IMG/VR virus record: IMGVR_UViG_3300032007_000052
Span: 30,033 to 94,032 of that record
Strand: one strand, 5' to 3'
DNA: 64,000 bases
DNA from: a virus
Taxonomy: Duplodnaviria; Caudoviricetes
Made by a program: the position numbers and the translations under genes. Of the stretch, positions 23,435 through 35,307 are shown piece after piece. The notes below the pieces were generated by a model. That model was given only the letters and a program-made list of their open reading frames with translations. It was not told where the DNA came from and searched no databases. The number at the start of each line of letters is the position of its first letter. Within the stretch, counting starts at the first letter, position 1.

Positions 23435-23474
23435 TAGTCAAGGTTAGTCAAGGTTAGTCAAGGATTTAGTCAAG
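23435..23474. repeat. tandem TAGTCAAGGT repeats
   Basis: four copies of tagtcaag. Confidence 0.8.
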
Positions 23475-23490
23475 AAAGCGAGGATAAGGA

Positions 23491-23795
23491 ATGAGAATTG
23501 AAAAAACAGAAACATTTATCGAACACGATATTATCATGGATGGTACGAAGGTAGGCAATGTGGAACTTTGCCCTGAAGTAATGAGATAGCAAGGCTAGTT
23601 ATCTTTGAGCCGTATCAAAACCAAGGTTATGGAACATATGTTGTAAAGAAACTGTTAGCACAAGGGTATAAGTCCTTATGGGTGCGTTCTGATAATCCAA
23701 GGGCAATTCATGTTTATGAAAAGTGTGGATTTAAAAAGGGTAACACATATATGTTCGAAATGGTAGCGGACAAGGCAGAAAGTGAGGAAGAGTAA
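23491..23795 (+). pseudogene. frameshifted GNAT acetyltransferase
   Basis: MRIEKT...ELCPE continues in another frame as NEIARLVIFEPYQNQGYGT...DNPRAIHVYEKCGF. Confidence 0.7.
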
Positions 23796-24079
23796 TGATA
23801 GTCAATATATGTGGAATACCCCACAAAGTAATTGAGTGCGAGGACAACTTTAATGTTGATACGCACTTTGGTCAGATAGATTATAAAGACTGCGAAATTC
23901 GTATTAACAAGAATATGACTGAGGAAAGCAAAAAAGAAACTATCTGCCATGAAATGGTACATGGAATATTAGTTCACCTTGGATATAATGATTATTCGCA
24001 GGACGAACAATTAGTGCAAGCACTTGGAAATGCAATATATCAAGGATTCAGCATTAAGGCAGAAAGTGAGGATAAATGA
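23795..24079 (+). CDS. HExxH metallopeptidase-like protein, copy 2
   Basis: near-identical to 21442..21738; ETICHEMVHG. Confidence 0.65.
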   Translation: MIVNICGIPHKVIECEDNFNVDTHFGQIDYKDCEIRINKNMTEESKKETICHEMVHGILVHLGYNDYSQDEQLVQALGNAIYQGFSIKAESEDK

Positions 24080-26004
24080 TAGTTAGAGTAATAAAAGATA
24101 TACTTATCATCCTTTACATCCTGGTTATGCCTATGTGGTTAATGGAATTGTTAGGAATTGATAAATATTTTGTAGAAAGTGAGGAAACATGATACAGATA
24201 GATGATTTTGATTTACCGATTACAGTAGCGGAAAAGATTATTGGTGCTACTAAAAATGTTCTTGCGAGTCCGTTAGATAAAGCGGCATATAAAGCTTTTA
24301 CAGGAAAAGAAATTGGCGAAACAGTAAGTAGAGATATGTTTGAACTGGAAGAAATTAAAGAAATAGCTGATTACTTAATGGTTTACTATCAAGCACATAT
24401 CAACGGAGATTGAAGATTAAGGGAAGCAGAAAGTGAGGATGAGGAATGAATATGGATTATTCTAAAGTCTTTGAATTGCTAAACCAAGATGCAGAAAAGG
24501 AAAGAAATAAAAAGGCTGATGTTAAACAGCAATTATTAGATAAATTATCAGAAGAACCTCTAATGGTATTATCAACTGCTTATGCCTATGCTAAGAATTA
24601 TGTGATCTATGGAGAAGATATAACAAAAGCATGGACTACAGCAGTACAACAAGCATCGATATTAGAACAGGTTAAACTAAAAGCGCAAACAGAAGCCTAT
24701 GATTCTTTTAAGAAAGATTACGAAAACCGCTTAAAGACTGAAATGGCAGCTATGCTAGACAAGATAAAAGCTGAAATAGAGGAAGAAAAGGAACATGCTT
24801 ATGCAGATTTTGAGAGGTACAAAGTAGAGTATTTAGGACAAGAGTGGGAAGATGCTTTAGACAGTTTGCCAATAGACGATTTTAGGTATGGCATGGAAAG
24901 AACAATCGAGATTATTGACAAGTACAATAATAGTGAAGGATAAAATAATGGCAGATATAGAGTTAGTAATTGACATACCTGAAGAAACATATATTTATTT
25001 GCGCAATGGTGGAACTATTGGGGCGTCATTAATGATTGAGAACGCAATCAAGAATGGTACACCACTTCCTAAAGGACATGGAGATTTAAAGGATATAAGC
25101 AAGATTGATTATCAGCCTGGTTGTTTTGTTTCATCTGAAGGAGAACCAATACCAATAATACACAAAATTGCAACTATTGAAATGATACGAGACTGGTTGC
25201 CAACAATCATAGAAGCAGATACGGGAAAGTGAGGATAAGGAATGATTGAGATAATAAAGCGCGGAACAAAACAACATCGGATATGTAGTGCGTGTGGTTG
25301 TGAGTTTACATTTGAAAAAGAGGATATAAAACGAGAGGATACGGACGGTTACAAGGGATTCCGAGATTTCGTGCAGTGTCCACAGTGCTATGAGAAAGTT
25401 ATTTTGCAGCAGATTAGATAATGATAAGTCAGAAAGTAGGAATGAAATGACAAATGGAGAAAAAATAAAAGAAACATTTCCGCAAGCAGAAATAATACCA
25501 CAGTATGTTACTGATATAGGGCTAATAGGATATGACGTATGCATAGACGGAGAAACTTATTTTTCTAAGGAGTGGTGGGACATGGAATATCAAGAGCCAG
25601 TTACTAATTTAGAATCTGCTGAGGTCCTCGACAAATACAAATCAGAAAGTGAGAAAATATGAATGAGTTTTTAGAAAGATATTATACAGTGCAACCTATT
25701 AAACCGGATGAAAACTATTTTTACGCTTGTGAATATATGGCACTAACAGAGATGTATGCAAGAAGTCTTACTACTAAACGGTGTGAGTATGATAAGACAG
25801 AAGCTGATATAGATGATACTAAGTGGCATAGAGAGTTTTTCAATGAATATAATAGGTCTATTAGATATAAATATATAGAAATATGGCCAGAGATTAGGGA
25901 AGTAATAAAAAACATGGCAATTATACTGCTCAAATGTGGATAGATGAGTATTACAGACTTAAAGATTGTTTTGAAAGATATTGAAGCAAAGAAAGAGGTA
26001 AGAA

Positions 26005-26763
26005 GTGTTAGTAAGTATTACAAATAAGTGTCGAATGGGATGTTCTCACTGTATGGATGATGCAAGAGCTGATAGTGAGGAATTTATGACGTTAGATATG
26101 TTTAAAAAGGCTGTTGAGTTTAATTTTAAGCATGATTTTTCGCTAACAATTACTGGTGGGGAACCAACAGAACATCCTTTGTTTTGGAATTTTATGGACA
26201 TTGTTGCTGATTATGCAAGCAAAACTAATGTAGTATCGGTCATATCAAACGGAATGAATTTTAGCAATGAAGATATTCCTAAAATCAGAAAATTAAATCA
26301 AAAAAGTAAAGCTACTATTTGTTGGCAAATAACGTCAGATAGTAGATATTATCCAATTAAAATTGATTTATCACAGAAAGTATTTAGGAAATGTGGCTTT
26401 TTTGTGTGTGAACATATTGAAAAACTAGATCCTATGGGTAGAGCACTAAATCATCCTGAGTGGAATTTTACCCAGATTGCTCCTCATTGTTTTAATTTTA
26501 GGTCAATTGTCAGAACCAATGGAAAAGAAAAGGGTTTTGCTGAAAGTGTTTTGATGTTAAGAGGCAGACAAAAATTCTGTACACCACAAATATCTTTTGA
26601 TGGGATGCTAAAACTTGGAGAATCGACTTTGTGTCCTGCTGTTTGTTCTATAGAAGAGAGCGAAAAAGAGATAGTGTCTAGGATAATAGATTTTCGTTGT
26701 AGTAAATGTAATCGAGTTTTAAATAAATTACCAGATGCGTATAAGAAAGCAATAGGGGAATGA
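26005..26763 (+). CDS. radical SAM protein
   Basis: CRMGCSHC (CxxxCxxC), TGGEP, SNG. Confidence 0.9.
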   Translation: MLVSITNKCRMGCSHCMDDARADSEEFMTLDMFKKAVEFNFKHDFSLTITGGEPTEHPLFWNFMDIVADYASKTNVVSVISNGMNFSNEDIPKIRKLNQKSKATICWQITSDSRYYPIKIDLSQKVFRKCGFFVCEHIEKLDPMGRALNHPEWNFTQIAPHCFNFRSIVRTNGKEKGFAESVLMLRGRQKFCTPQISFDGMLKLGESTLCPAVCSIEESEKEIVSRIIDFRCSKCNRVLNKLPDAYKKAIGE

Positions 26764-27291
26764 TTTATGGGTGAGTTGAATAGAAGGCTCGAATTAGAAG
26801 GCGGAGAGCTTAGAGAGATTTCTTGTGAGGAATACAAGGCTAGAATGGAAAAACTGATAGAAGAGAAAGGATTCTACGGTGCTGTTGAAAGTATATGTGA
26901 TTTAATCAATGAAGAGTATGCTTTGCCTTGTGATTATTTGACTTGTAGAGGCCTACAGGAATGTTTAAGCGACATTTTGTTTCTAGTGGAGTTAAGAGAG
27001 AATGACAAATAAAGAATGGTATTCAATTGGGATCTATAATGGGAAAAGCCTTCTTGAGTGGGCGAAGATATGGTTTAAGACAGATAACGACACGTTCTTC
27101 AAGATATATGGTTTTAATTTCAATCCGCATAAATATCCAGGACTATACGAGGTTGCAAGAAAAGAAATTGATGATGAAATAAATCTGGATGAAAAGCTTT
27201 ATTTTAAGGATTTGGGGTGAGAATTCTAGGTTGTTTGCTTCCAAATAGTTCACAAAAAATAAGAATTTTTGATGCGACAAGGGAGAAAAAT

Positions 27292-28236
27292 ATGAAATTT
27301 CTAGTGAGTATCTTGTTATCAGCAGCAATTATTCCAGAAGTAGGGACAGCACATTTACCACCAACAGTTATTTTGGACGAAGATTTTTCGACAGACGTTG
27401 ATGATGTATTAGCTGTCAGAATGGCAACCAAAGCAGACAAGTTAGGTTATATTAATCTAGCTTGTGTTGGTTTGTCATGTAGCAATTACAATGCGAGCAG
27501 AGCTATGCATGGGCTTCTTTCGTATGATGGGTATTCTGATATACCTATTGGGACATGTTCTGAGGAAAATGTTCAAACCAATGATTATTGGGGCGAGCTA
27601 TGGGGATATGGAGACGAAAACACACTTATTCAGTACAATTCAGTAGAACTCTATAAGAATGTTCTTTCTAAATCAGACACAAAAGTTAAGATTGTAACTA
27701 CAGGATATCTTTATAACGTAGCTAATTTATTGAAAGATAAAGATGGTTATGAACTTGTAAAAACAAAATGTGATTCCATATGGATTACTGGTGGTAGTTG
27801 GAAATCAGGGATGGATAACAATTTCTACGCTATGCCTAAATCAGCGGAAGCAATCAGGTATGTTATTAATCATAGTCCTGTTCCTCTTGTATTTTCGACA
27901 AGCAATACAATGTCTATCAAAGAAGAGTATAGATGTATTATGACAGGAGATACTTTGAATTCTTCAGATCCGGTGGCTAAAGCGTTAAAAAAGTACGGAC
28001 AGGTCCATAATTTTAATATGGAGAATGGATATTATAGTTGGGATAATGTATGTGTATTTGCTGCATGTTATCCTTTTGAAATAAATCAGATGCATTTGAC
28101 TCCATGCAATATTTATGTTGCTCCAAATGGTGCTAATACGTTTGATTTAGAAGGAAATTTTAATTGCCAGGTCATAGAACGTAATAGCAACGATTTAACT
28201 TGGTATGAGGATGTTATTAACTCGTATATGAATTAA
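27292..28236 (+). CDS. nucleoside hydrolase-family protein with signal peptide
   Basis: ILDEDFSTDVDDVLA motif, TTGYLYN, SWD; N-terminal MKFLVSILLSAA. Confidence 0.8.
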   Translation: MKFLVSILLSAAIIPEVGTAHLPPTVILDEDFSTDVDDVLAVRMATKADKLGYINLACVGLSCSNYNASRAMHGLLSYDGYSDIPIGTCSEENVQTNDYWGELWGYGDENTLIQYNSVELYKNVLSKSDTKVKIVTTGYLYNVANLLKDKDGYELVKTKCDSIWITGGSWKSGMDNNFYAMPKSAEAIRYVINHSPVPLVFSTSNTMSIKEEYRCIMTGDTLNSSDPVAKALKKYGQVHNFNMENGYYSWDNVCVFAACYPFEINQMHLTPCNIYVAPNGANTFDLEGNFNCQVIERNSNDLTWYEDVINSYMN

Positions 28237-28566
28237 AATAGAGTTAGAATCGAGTTAAAACTTAATTACAAGCTAAAAAGTTACTTTTCGGAAAAAACAA
28301 AATAGGAGACTTTTGAAGCACATGATTAGAAAGGTAAAAAACCGAAGGCAAGTGCATCGTGGATGCGTTCTTATGGACGATAAAGAAAATAGATATTTAG
28401 TACTTGAGGTTAATTTGTTTAAGGGGTCTATAACTGTTTTGGATAGCAAGTTTAATATTGTTGCTATTGGGATTAAATGGATAGGAAATTATTATATTCT
28501 TCTTGAGGATGAAGTTGATATGGATGCAATGAGAGAATTAATGGGATTCGGAAAGGTGGAAAAATT

Positions 28567-28953
28567 ATGAAAAAAGTTTTTGCAACATTACTAATCTGTG
28601 GATGTCTTTTAACTGGATGCTCCGAAGCGGATAGGGTATCTTATAACATAAGCCGAGAAGCAGACGAATTTAACACATTAAGGCAGATAACAGTTCTTAA
28701 TTGTATTCAGGGCGATGTTCTGTTTCAAATGACGGGTAAAATGTCAATAACCGCTGACACTCAAGATAATCAGTTGGAAATTACAGTTAAGGATGAAAAA
28801 GGAAATTTTAAAAAACATTTCATTGGATTATCTGACAATGTAACTTATGTTGTGGAAGATATTACAGATAATGCAGATGTTTCAGAATACCATTATGAGC
28901 TTGTTTTCAATCCCAAAATGTGGTTGCCAGTTGATGTTAAACTTGGCAAATGA
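28567..28953 (+). CDS. phage lipoprotein
   Basis: lipobox LTGC. Confidence 0.75.
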   Translation: MKKVFATLLICGCLLTGCSEADRVSYNISREADEFNTLRQITVLNCIQGDVLFQMTGKMSITADTQDNQLEITVKDEKGNFKKHFIGLSDNVTYVVEDITDNADVSEYHYELVFNPKMWLPVDVKLGK

Positions 28954-29547
28954 TGTTTTTGTGGTATAATTAATATACTTGATTTTGCTAAGATCAAGTC
29001 CCATAGAAGAGGTTTCCCACTGTACCTTAAACAGTGGTTTTTGTATGCAAAAAAGCTAGTACCTTATAGATACTAGCTTCTTCTTGAAAAGAGATTCACA
29101 TGAGTAATAAAAATCTAAATATATTATATCACGTTTATCTCAAAGCGAAATAAAAATATGTTGATGTAGTGTAAACAATATGATAATATGGGTATTGGAA
29201 GGAGGCATGATGGGTAAGAAAAAGAATAAAAAAAGCATTAAAAAGATTCTGAAAATAATGAAATAGTTACCAATTTTCTTTTAGCGATAGGAGCATTGAT
29301 AGCGTCAATTTCAGAACTTATAAAAATCCTTAAGTAAATTCTATCATTGTTAGGAACATTCTTCAAGTAGTGTTCCTAACTACTCATCAATTTAACTTAA
29401 TGAAAAAAACTACACCTATTTTTCTTGCTTCTGCATGGATTTTACACTATATGAATAGAAATTTATTTAGTAGTGCAATTTTATTTAGTGCAGGTATGAT
29501 AATGTTAACAGAGTCTATAAAAGATTTCAGAAAGTTAAGGAAGAAAT

Positions 29548-29810
29548 CTCACTAATACCCACGGGCAAGCCCGTGGGGTTGTCTGACAACCCGGAGTGAG
29601 TAGCCTGAGTGAAGCCTATTGGCTGAACTACGTTAAGAGAGAATATATAGTTACCTACGGATGTCGTACCAAGTCTGTAGCTCTAAGGTCTGTGATTAAA
29701 CAGTCCTGTGGTATAGGGACAGTGTTGCTGATACAAAACCTCTCATTAACATTGGCGATGGTACACTAACCGCTCTTCGGAGCGAGTAATTAAACCTTTA
29801 TGGTTTTGGA
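29548..29810 (+). ncRNA. IscB omegaRNA scaffold
   Basis: ctcact/agtgag stem, tagcc..ctacgtt, ttaaacagtcct, aacattggcgatgg blocks; similar to 34611-34875. Confidence 0.85.
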
Positions 29811-29824
29811 AAGGGGAATACGTA

Positions 29825-31099
29825 ATGGTTTACGTACTTGATCAAAACGGACAGCCTTTAATGCCTACGGAAAACCATGCTAAAGTGCGTGTTCTTCTAA
29901 GGCAAGGTAAGGCAAAAGTAATAAAGAAATGTCCGTTTACAATACATCTGTTATATGGTAGTACAAACTACACACAAAAAGTGACTTTGGGTGTAGACAG
30001 TGGAAGCAAGCATATCGGTATTTCAGCAACTACAAAAGACAAAGTTCTTTACGAGGCCGATGTGGAACTTCGGAGTGATATTGTGGATCTGCTTTCTACC
30101 CGTAGGGAATTAAGAAGTTTAAGACGTAATCACAAGACCCGTTACCGCAAACCACGATTCGATAACCGCAAACGTAAAGACGGATGGTTAGCACCTTCAG
30201 TAAGGCAGAAAGTAGATTCTCACTTAACGATGATAGCAAAAGTACATAAGATACTTCCAATATCAAATATCGTAGTAGAAGTAGCCTCTTTCGATATACA
30301 GAAGATCAAAAATCCAACTGTCAGCGGTACAGACTATCAGCAGGGTGAACAGCTAGGCTTTTGGAACGTCAGGGAATATGTTTTATTCCGTGATGGTCAT
30401 GTATGCCAATGCTGCAAAGGCAAGTCCAAGGATAAGATCTTAAATGTTCATCATATAGAAAGCCGTAAGACTGGTGGCGATGCACCCAACAACCTCATAA
30501 CGTTGTGCGAGACCTGCCACAAGGGTTATCACAAAGGAACAGTAAAACTTCCCAAGGCGATACACAGAGGGATGTCATTCAAGGATGCTGCGTTCATGGG
30601 TATCATGCGATGGGCTTTGTATGAGAAACTTAAGACCATATACCCGGACGTAAGGCCTACATACGGATACATCACTAAGAATACACGTATAGAAAACAAT
30701 TTATCAAAAGACCATTATGTAGATGCTCGTTGTATCAGCGGCAATCATAATGCAGTCAGCAATGGCGAGGTTTTCTATTATAAGAAAGTCCGCTGTCATA
30801 ACAGACAGATACATAAAAACACTATTCTTAAAGGTGGATATCGAAAACGTAATCAGGCCCCATACGAAGTAAAAGGGTTCAGATTATATGATAAAGTCCT
30901 TGTTAAAGGACAGATAGCTTTTGTTTTTGGCAGACGAACTGATGGGAGATTTGCTATCCGCAAATTCGACGGAACCAAGATTAATGAGCAAATGTCATAC
31001 AAAAAGATTAGACTTATAGAACCACGAAAAAATTTCATTTGTGAAAGGAGGACGCCGCTCCTCATCGGGGCAAGCCCCGACGTTCCCGCGGCTGTTTAA
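29825..31099 (+). CDS. iscB: IscB RNA-guided endonuclease
   Basis: PLMP, LGVDSGSK, RRxxRR bridge helix, VEVASFD, HNH (HHIESRKTGGDAPNNLITLC), HYVDA. Confidence 0.96.
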   Translation: MVYVLDQNGQPLMPTENHAKVRVLLRQGKAKVIKKCPFTIHLLYGSTNYTQKVTLGVDSGSKHIGISATTKDKVLYEADVELRSDIVDLLSTRRELRSLRRNHKTRYRKPRFDNRKRKDGWLAPSVRQKVDSHLTMIAKVHKILPISNIVVEVASFDIQKIKNPTVSGTDYQQGEQLGFWNVREYVLFRDGHVCQCCKGKSKDKILNVHHIESRKTGGDAPNNLITLCETCHKGYHKGTVKLPKAIHRGMSFKDAAFMGIMRWALYEKLKTIYPDVRPTYGYITKNTRIENNLSKDHYVDARCISGNHNAVSNGEVFYYKKVRCHNRQIHKNTILKGGYRKRNQAPYEVKGFRLYDKVLVKGQIAFVFGRRTDGRFAIRKFDGTKINEQMSYKKIRLIEPRKNFICERRTPLLIGASPDVPAAV

Positions 31100-31103
31100 G
31101 TTT

Positions 31104-31286
31104 ATGGCAAATAAAAACACTATTAGAGTAGATAGATACCAAAAGAAAGTTGGATATAAGACTAAAAGCTTCAAACTTAAAGGTGACATCGCTGAAAGAT
31201 TTGCTGAAGCATGTGATAAAACTGGAGTTGGACAAGCTGCAACTATAACGGCACTTATGGAAAAATTTGTGTCGGATAATTCTTGA
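31104..31286 (+). CDS. small ribbon-helix-helix-like DNA-binding protein
   Basis: KSFKLKGDIAERFAEAC...QAATITALMEKF. Confidence 0.65.
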   Translation: MANKNTIRVDRYQKKVGYKTKSFKLKGDIAERFAEACDKTGVGQAATITALMEKFVSDNS

Positions 31287-34028
31287 AAACAAATTTTCTC
31301 AAGCTCTTCAGGAAGTGCTTAGAGAAAAATACAATATAGGCACTGAAAACACAAAAAAATCGGCAAATATATAGCCGATTTTTTGCGTATACTCTTTTAA
31401 AGGAAACAAGTTACAAAAATATTATAGCATTAATCCGATTGCACTGAAATTAACCAGTGCGTTGTTTGTAACTGTTAAACACTTAAGTATATACTTAAGT
31501 AAGTTAACGGTTATACGTAAGTATATCAGATAAAAAAAATAAAATAAAGGGGATAATGGGAAATGGATAAGTTTTTTTCTCAAGAAAGATGCGATAGGTG
31601 TGGAAAGAAGCTTAATAGTGGCAGGATAATGTCAATGTTCAACAAGGATTGCATATGTATGGAGTGTAAAGAAAAGGAAAAGAATGATCCTAGATACCAC
31701 AAAGCTGTGGAAGCTGTCAGGGATATGGAAGCTAGAGGTTATCGTAATTTTGAGGGAATTGGATATTAATTTGACTAGTGGTTTTTACATGAATTAATTT
31801 AATTTAGGATATTAAATTGCCGATTGTCAGATGATTCTTGAAAATTCAAAAAAGGATAATTAATAGCTTGCATTAATAGGAATTGTCAGAGTATAATTAT
31901 ATCAATCGAATACGTGAATAAAAAAAGAAAAGCTCTCGCGGGATTGCCGTCCTACAAGAGCCAATTGCTTAAAAGCAACGCACCTGCTTTAGCAACATTT
32001 CTTGAAAGGATTATATTATAGATAAGAAGTTTTTTCAAGAGTTTTTGCTAAAAATATGGTAGAAATTGCTATTGTGGCAATTTCTATTTTTTATTTTGAT
32101 AACTTTATGAACGGCAAAGGCGAAGGACTAAACCTCTACGATATCGGACAGTGGTTAATCACACTTAAGATACGCATTGATGACCGTTAAAGGGTGTCGT
32201 TGTGTCGCTGCCTTCCGTTACTAATAGCGGAAAAATTAGATAAGACAAGCTTTGTCAAGAAGCGGTGTGCCTGTCCTCATCTCCGTGTGTAAAAGCACGA
32301 AAAGGGGGTTGCGTGGTGGTTGATAACCAAGGATGTTTTAAGATGAGACCTTGATCCTGAGCGAAAGCGAAACACGTATCAGATAGTAATATCTGAAGGT
32401 TGAAGCATGGTGAAGAGTCGGCTCCGACTGGACTAAAATTCAATCTATCCTTCTACCATCATTTGTATTATAGTTGATGGTAGGGGGATAGAGTTTTCGC
32501 GGCTCGAATCTCACCAACTGGACTATAAGAGTGCTCCGGAAATGTCAAGACAAAATTAAAAGATTTCTAAGCGAAACTCGTAGGGGTAAGAGAAAGAGAA
32601 AGGAGTATATATGGGAAAGTATAGTGGCTTTTTGTCAACAGATGAAGTATGTAAAGAAGAAATAAAAGAACTAAAAGAGATATTAAAGACGTATCATGTA
32701 TTACCTGGAGATATTGAAGAAATAGAGGGGATGATTAAAAATCCGTATTATATGCTTAGGCAAAGTTATCAGATGTCTAATGCATTAGAGAATTATATTA
32801 AAGATGAGCTTGGTGAGGACGCGCTAAAAGATTTCTTTTCAAAATTTGTAACCAGAAGGAAAGAACCTGGTGAACATTTGGCTGCTTATATAAAAGACCT
32901 CGAAAATAGAGTGTTGGAAGAGATGGAAAGAGAAAATAGATTTACGAGGATAAAATAATGGACAAATTCACTCATGAATATTGTGAAGATAGCAGGGTAA
33001 AAGTTTTTGTTAATAGTTCTTTGTGGAAAGCGATATTAAAATATTTTTTTAGGGATCCTTCTGAGGAATTGTTTAACGATATAAAAAGAAGGATTATAGA
33101 TTATGTAAAGGTGAGGATTAAAAAGCAAACATTTAAAACTCCATCAACAGAGGTTATTCTAGCTGATATTAAAAGACAGTTTCTTAAACCACCTAAAGAC
33201 AAGCCTATTACAAGCGATATTGAGAATGTTACTGTATGTAAATATTATGATGTTAGATCATATCTTACAGAGTATTTTAATAGAGCATATGATAATGATG
33301 AGGTAATTTTTGTATATAGAGTGGATAATAAGAACGTCGCAATAATAAATATAAACAGGCTTAACGATTTAGAGAACAGGTTGAATGCAGCTTTAAAAGA
33401 ACTTGAAGAACTAAAAGCTGAGCCTAAAGAGAAAAAGAAATCTAAGAAGGAAATCGAACTTTGGAATATTCCAGTAAAAGGAGACGAAAATACTTGATTG
33501 CGAAAATAAATTATTGTAATATAGTAATAAGGTGATGGTGCACACTCTTTTTACCTCGACTTTCATTTTACGGTGTTTCTCTTGTGCTAAATATATCCCA
33601 TGAAAAGCAACTAACTTGTGCCAGTTAGTTGCTTTTTTAGTGTACAAAAAAAAAGAACCAGGGGGGAATCTCTGATTCTTTTTCATTCAATGCAGCTCGT
33701 ACAGATTCTGTTTAGCTACTATTTAATTGTATTTCACATACATCAATATGTCAATATAAGGGTTTTTAATCGTATTTATAGGTTTTTAATTGTATTTAAA
33801 GGTGTTTAGTCATTATTTATGCATAGAGAAAGACTGATTCTTGGAGATATCAGTCTTTCTTTATATGTTTTCGTTTTTTTCGCTATGAAAGGGTTTGGGT
33901 TAGTGACAATATTATTATTGCACATAAACGATATTTCATCAAATGTTTCTTTATAAACTGGTTGTTGACTTTTGAAAACGATTTGCAGTATAATTACTTT
34001 GTAATTATAACAAAAGGTGGTTAAACAC

Positions 34029-34313
34029 ATGAAATTCGAATGGGATGAAGTCAAAAATCAAAAAAATATAGTAAAACATGGAGTATCATTTGAAGAGTCC
34101 AAAACTGTGTTTTTTGATGAGCAAGCGTTGTTGGAATATGATGAAATTCATTCAGAGAATGAGGACCGTTTTCGTATTCTAGGATGTAGTGATGGTGGAA
34201 ATATACTTCTTGTAGTATATTGTGTTCGAGTAGGATCAATAATTCGCATAATTTCATCAAGAAAAGCTACTGATTATGAAAAAAAAGGTTATGAAAGGAA
34301 TATTGTACTATGA
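34029..34313 (+). CDS. brnT: BrnT-family toxin
   Basis: FEWDEVKN..N..KHGVSFEE, EDRF, IRIISSRKAT. Confidence 0.92.
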   Translation: MKFEWDEVKNQKNIVKHGVSFEESKTVFFDEQALLEYDEIHSENEDRFRILGCSDGGNILLVVYCVRVGSIIRIISSRKATDYEKKGYERNIVL

Positions 34314-34540
34314 AAGAAAATGATGAATTTTTAGAAAAGGAATTTAATTTTGACAAAGCCATAAAAAATCCATATGCTAAAGAATTAAAAAAGCAGATTA
34401 CCATAAGGATTCCATTTAATGTAATTGATTATTTTAAAAACGAATCCCATGAAACTGGTGTTCCTTACCAGACACTGATTAACTTATATTTAATTAACTG
34501 CGTTAAAGAAAAGAAAAAATTTAATATGAACTGGGTATAA
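34310..34540 (+). CDS. brnA: BrnA-family antitoxin
   Basis: KNPY..LKKQITIR...IDYFK...GVPYQTLIN. Confidence 0.9.
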   Translation: MKENDEFLEKEFNFDKAIKNPYAKELKKQITIRIPFNVIDYFKNESHETGVPYQTLINLYLINCVKEKKKFNMNWV

Positions 34541-34610
34541 AGAAAAAGACTAGCTGCTAACTATACGACGGTTAGAAATAATTTGAAAGATTATTGTGAC
34601 AAGGCAACAT

Positions 34611-34875
34611 GTCAATGACCCATCACTAAAGTGACGGGCTTGTGTTTAAGCTACTACATAGTGGCATCAAGCCCGATATTGACTAGCCTAAGTTCTGTGA
34701 GAACTACGTTACCTACAAATATATAGTCACCTACGGATGTAGTACCAAGTCTGTAGCTCTGAGGTATGTAATTAAAAGTCCTGTTGGGTAGGGACGGTGT
34801 TACATGTATAAAACTGTAGGATAACATTGGCGATGGTACACTAACCACTCTACAGAGTGAGTATTTATTAAAAAG
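34611..34875 (+). ncRNA. complete omegaRNA followed by an ~8-codon iscB stub
   Basis: gtcaat..gggctt..aagccc..attgac stem, tagcctaag, ctacgtt, aacattggcgatgg; RBS aaggag then ATG 34891 MVFILNDD. Confidence 0.85.
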
Positions 34876-34924
34876 AAAGGAGCACATGTAATGGTTTTTA
34901 TTTTAAATGATGACAGACGTATCG

Positions 34925-35092
34925 GTTTTGTACCCTAGTAAAATCAACTGGTTGTAAAACACAGAGATATTATAATTAAATTGTATGCCAGTTTTGTACC
35001 CTAGTAAAATCAACTGGTTGTAAAACTTGAACAATGGCAAGAAGGAAGAAAACTTAGTTTTGTACCCTAGTAAAATCAACTGGTTGTAAAAC
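34925..35092 (+). CRISPR. CRISPR mini-array: 3 identical 36-bp repeats, 2 x 30-bp spacers
   Basis: GTTTTGTACCCTAGTAAAATCAACTGGTTGTAAAAC at 34925, 34991, 35057. Confidence 0.95.
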
Positions 35093-35290
35093 CTCAAAGC
35101 TTAGTCTAAGTCTTTAATGACTACGTTACCTGTAAATATATAGGCACCGTGGAATGTTTAGCCTAGTTCCACGCTCTGCGGTTGGTGATTAAACAGTTCT
35201 TGAGGGTATGGAACAGTGTTGCCAACATTAAACTACAGGATAACTTTGACGAAGGCTACATTACCGCTTTTAGCGAGTTATTAATTTTTA
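35093..35290 (+). ncRNA. 5'-truncated omegaRNA fused to the last CRISPR repeat
   Basis: tagtctaag..ctacgttacc..ttaaacagttct..aactttgacgaagg present; first guide-adaptor stem absent. Confidence 0.8.
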
Positions 35291-35307
35291 GAAAAGGATT
35301 TAACTTT

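Larger units (their letters stand above)
18634..27220 (+). other. array of small accessory phage genes
   Basis: dense, translationally coupled short ORFs, including several Zn-ribbon proteins. Confidence 0.8.
29548..31103 (+). mobile_element. IS200/IS605-family IscB element 1 (non-autonomous)
   Basis: left hairpin cccacgggcaagcccgtggg, omegaRNA, iscB, right hairpin tcggggcaagccccga. Confidence 0.8.

Noticed and set aside
29209-29337. Lys-rich/hydrophobic small ORF resembling a toxin
   Set aside because: The frame is interrupted and there is no clear antisense architecture.
34903-35097. Minus-strand repetitive ORFs here and at 63152..63346
   Set aside because: Translations of CRISPR repeats, not genes.
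35182-35307. Extended N-terminus of IscB2
   Set aside because: Lies inside the omegaRNA; the real start is 35308.
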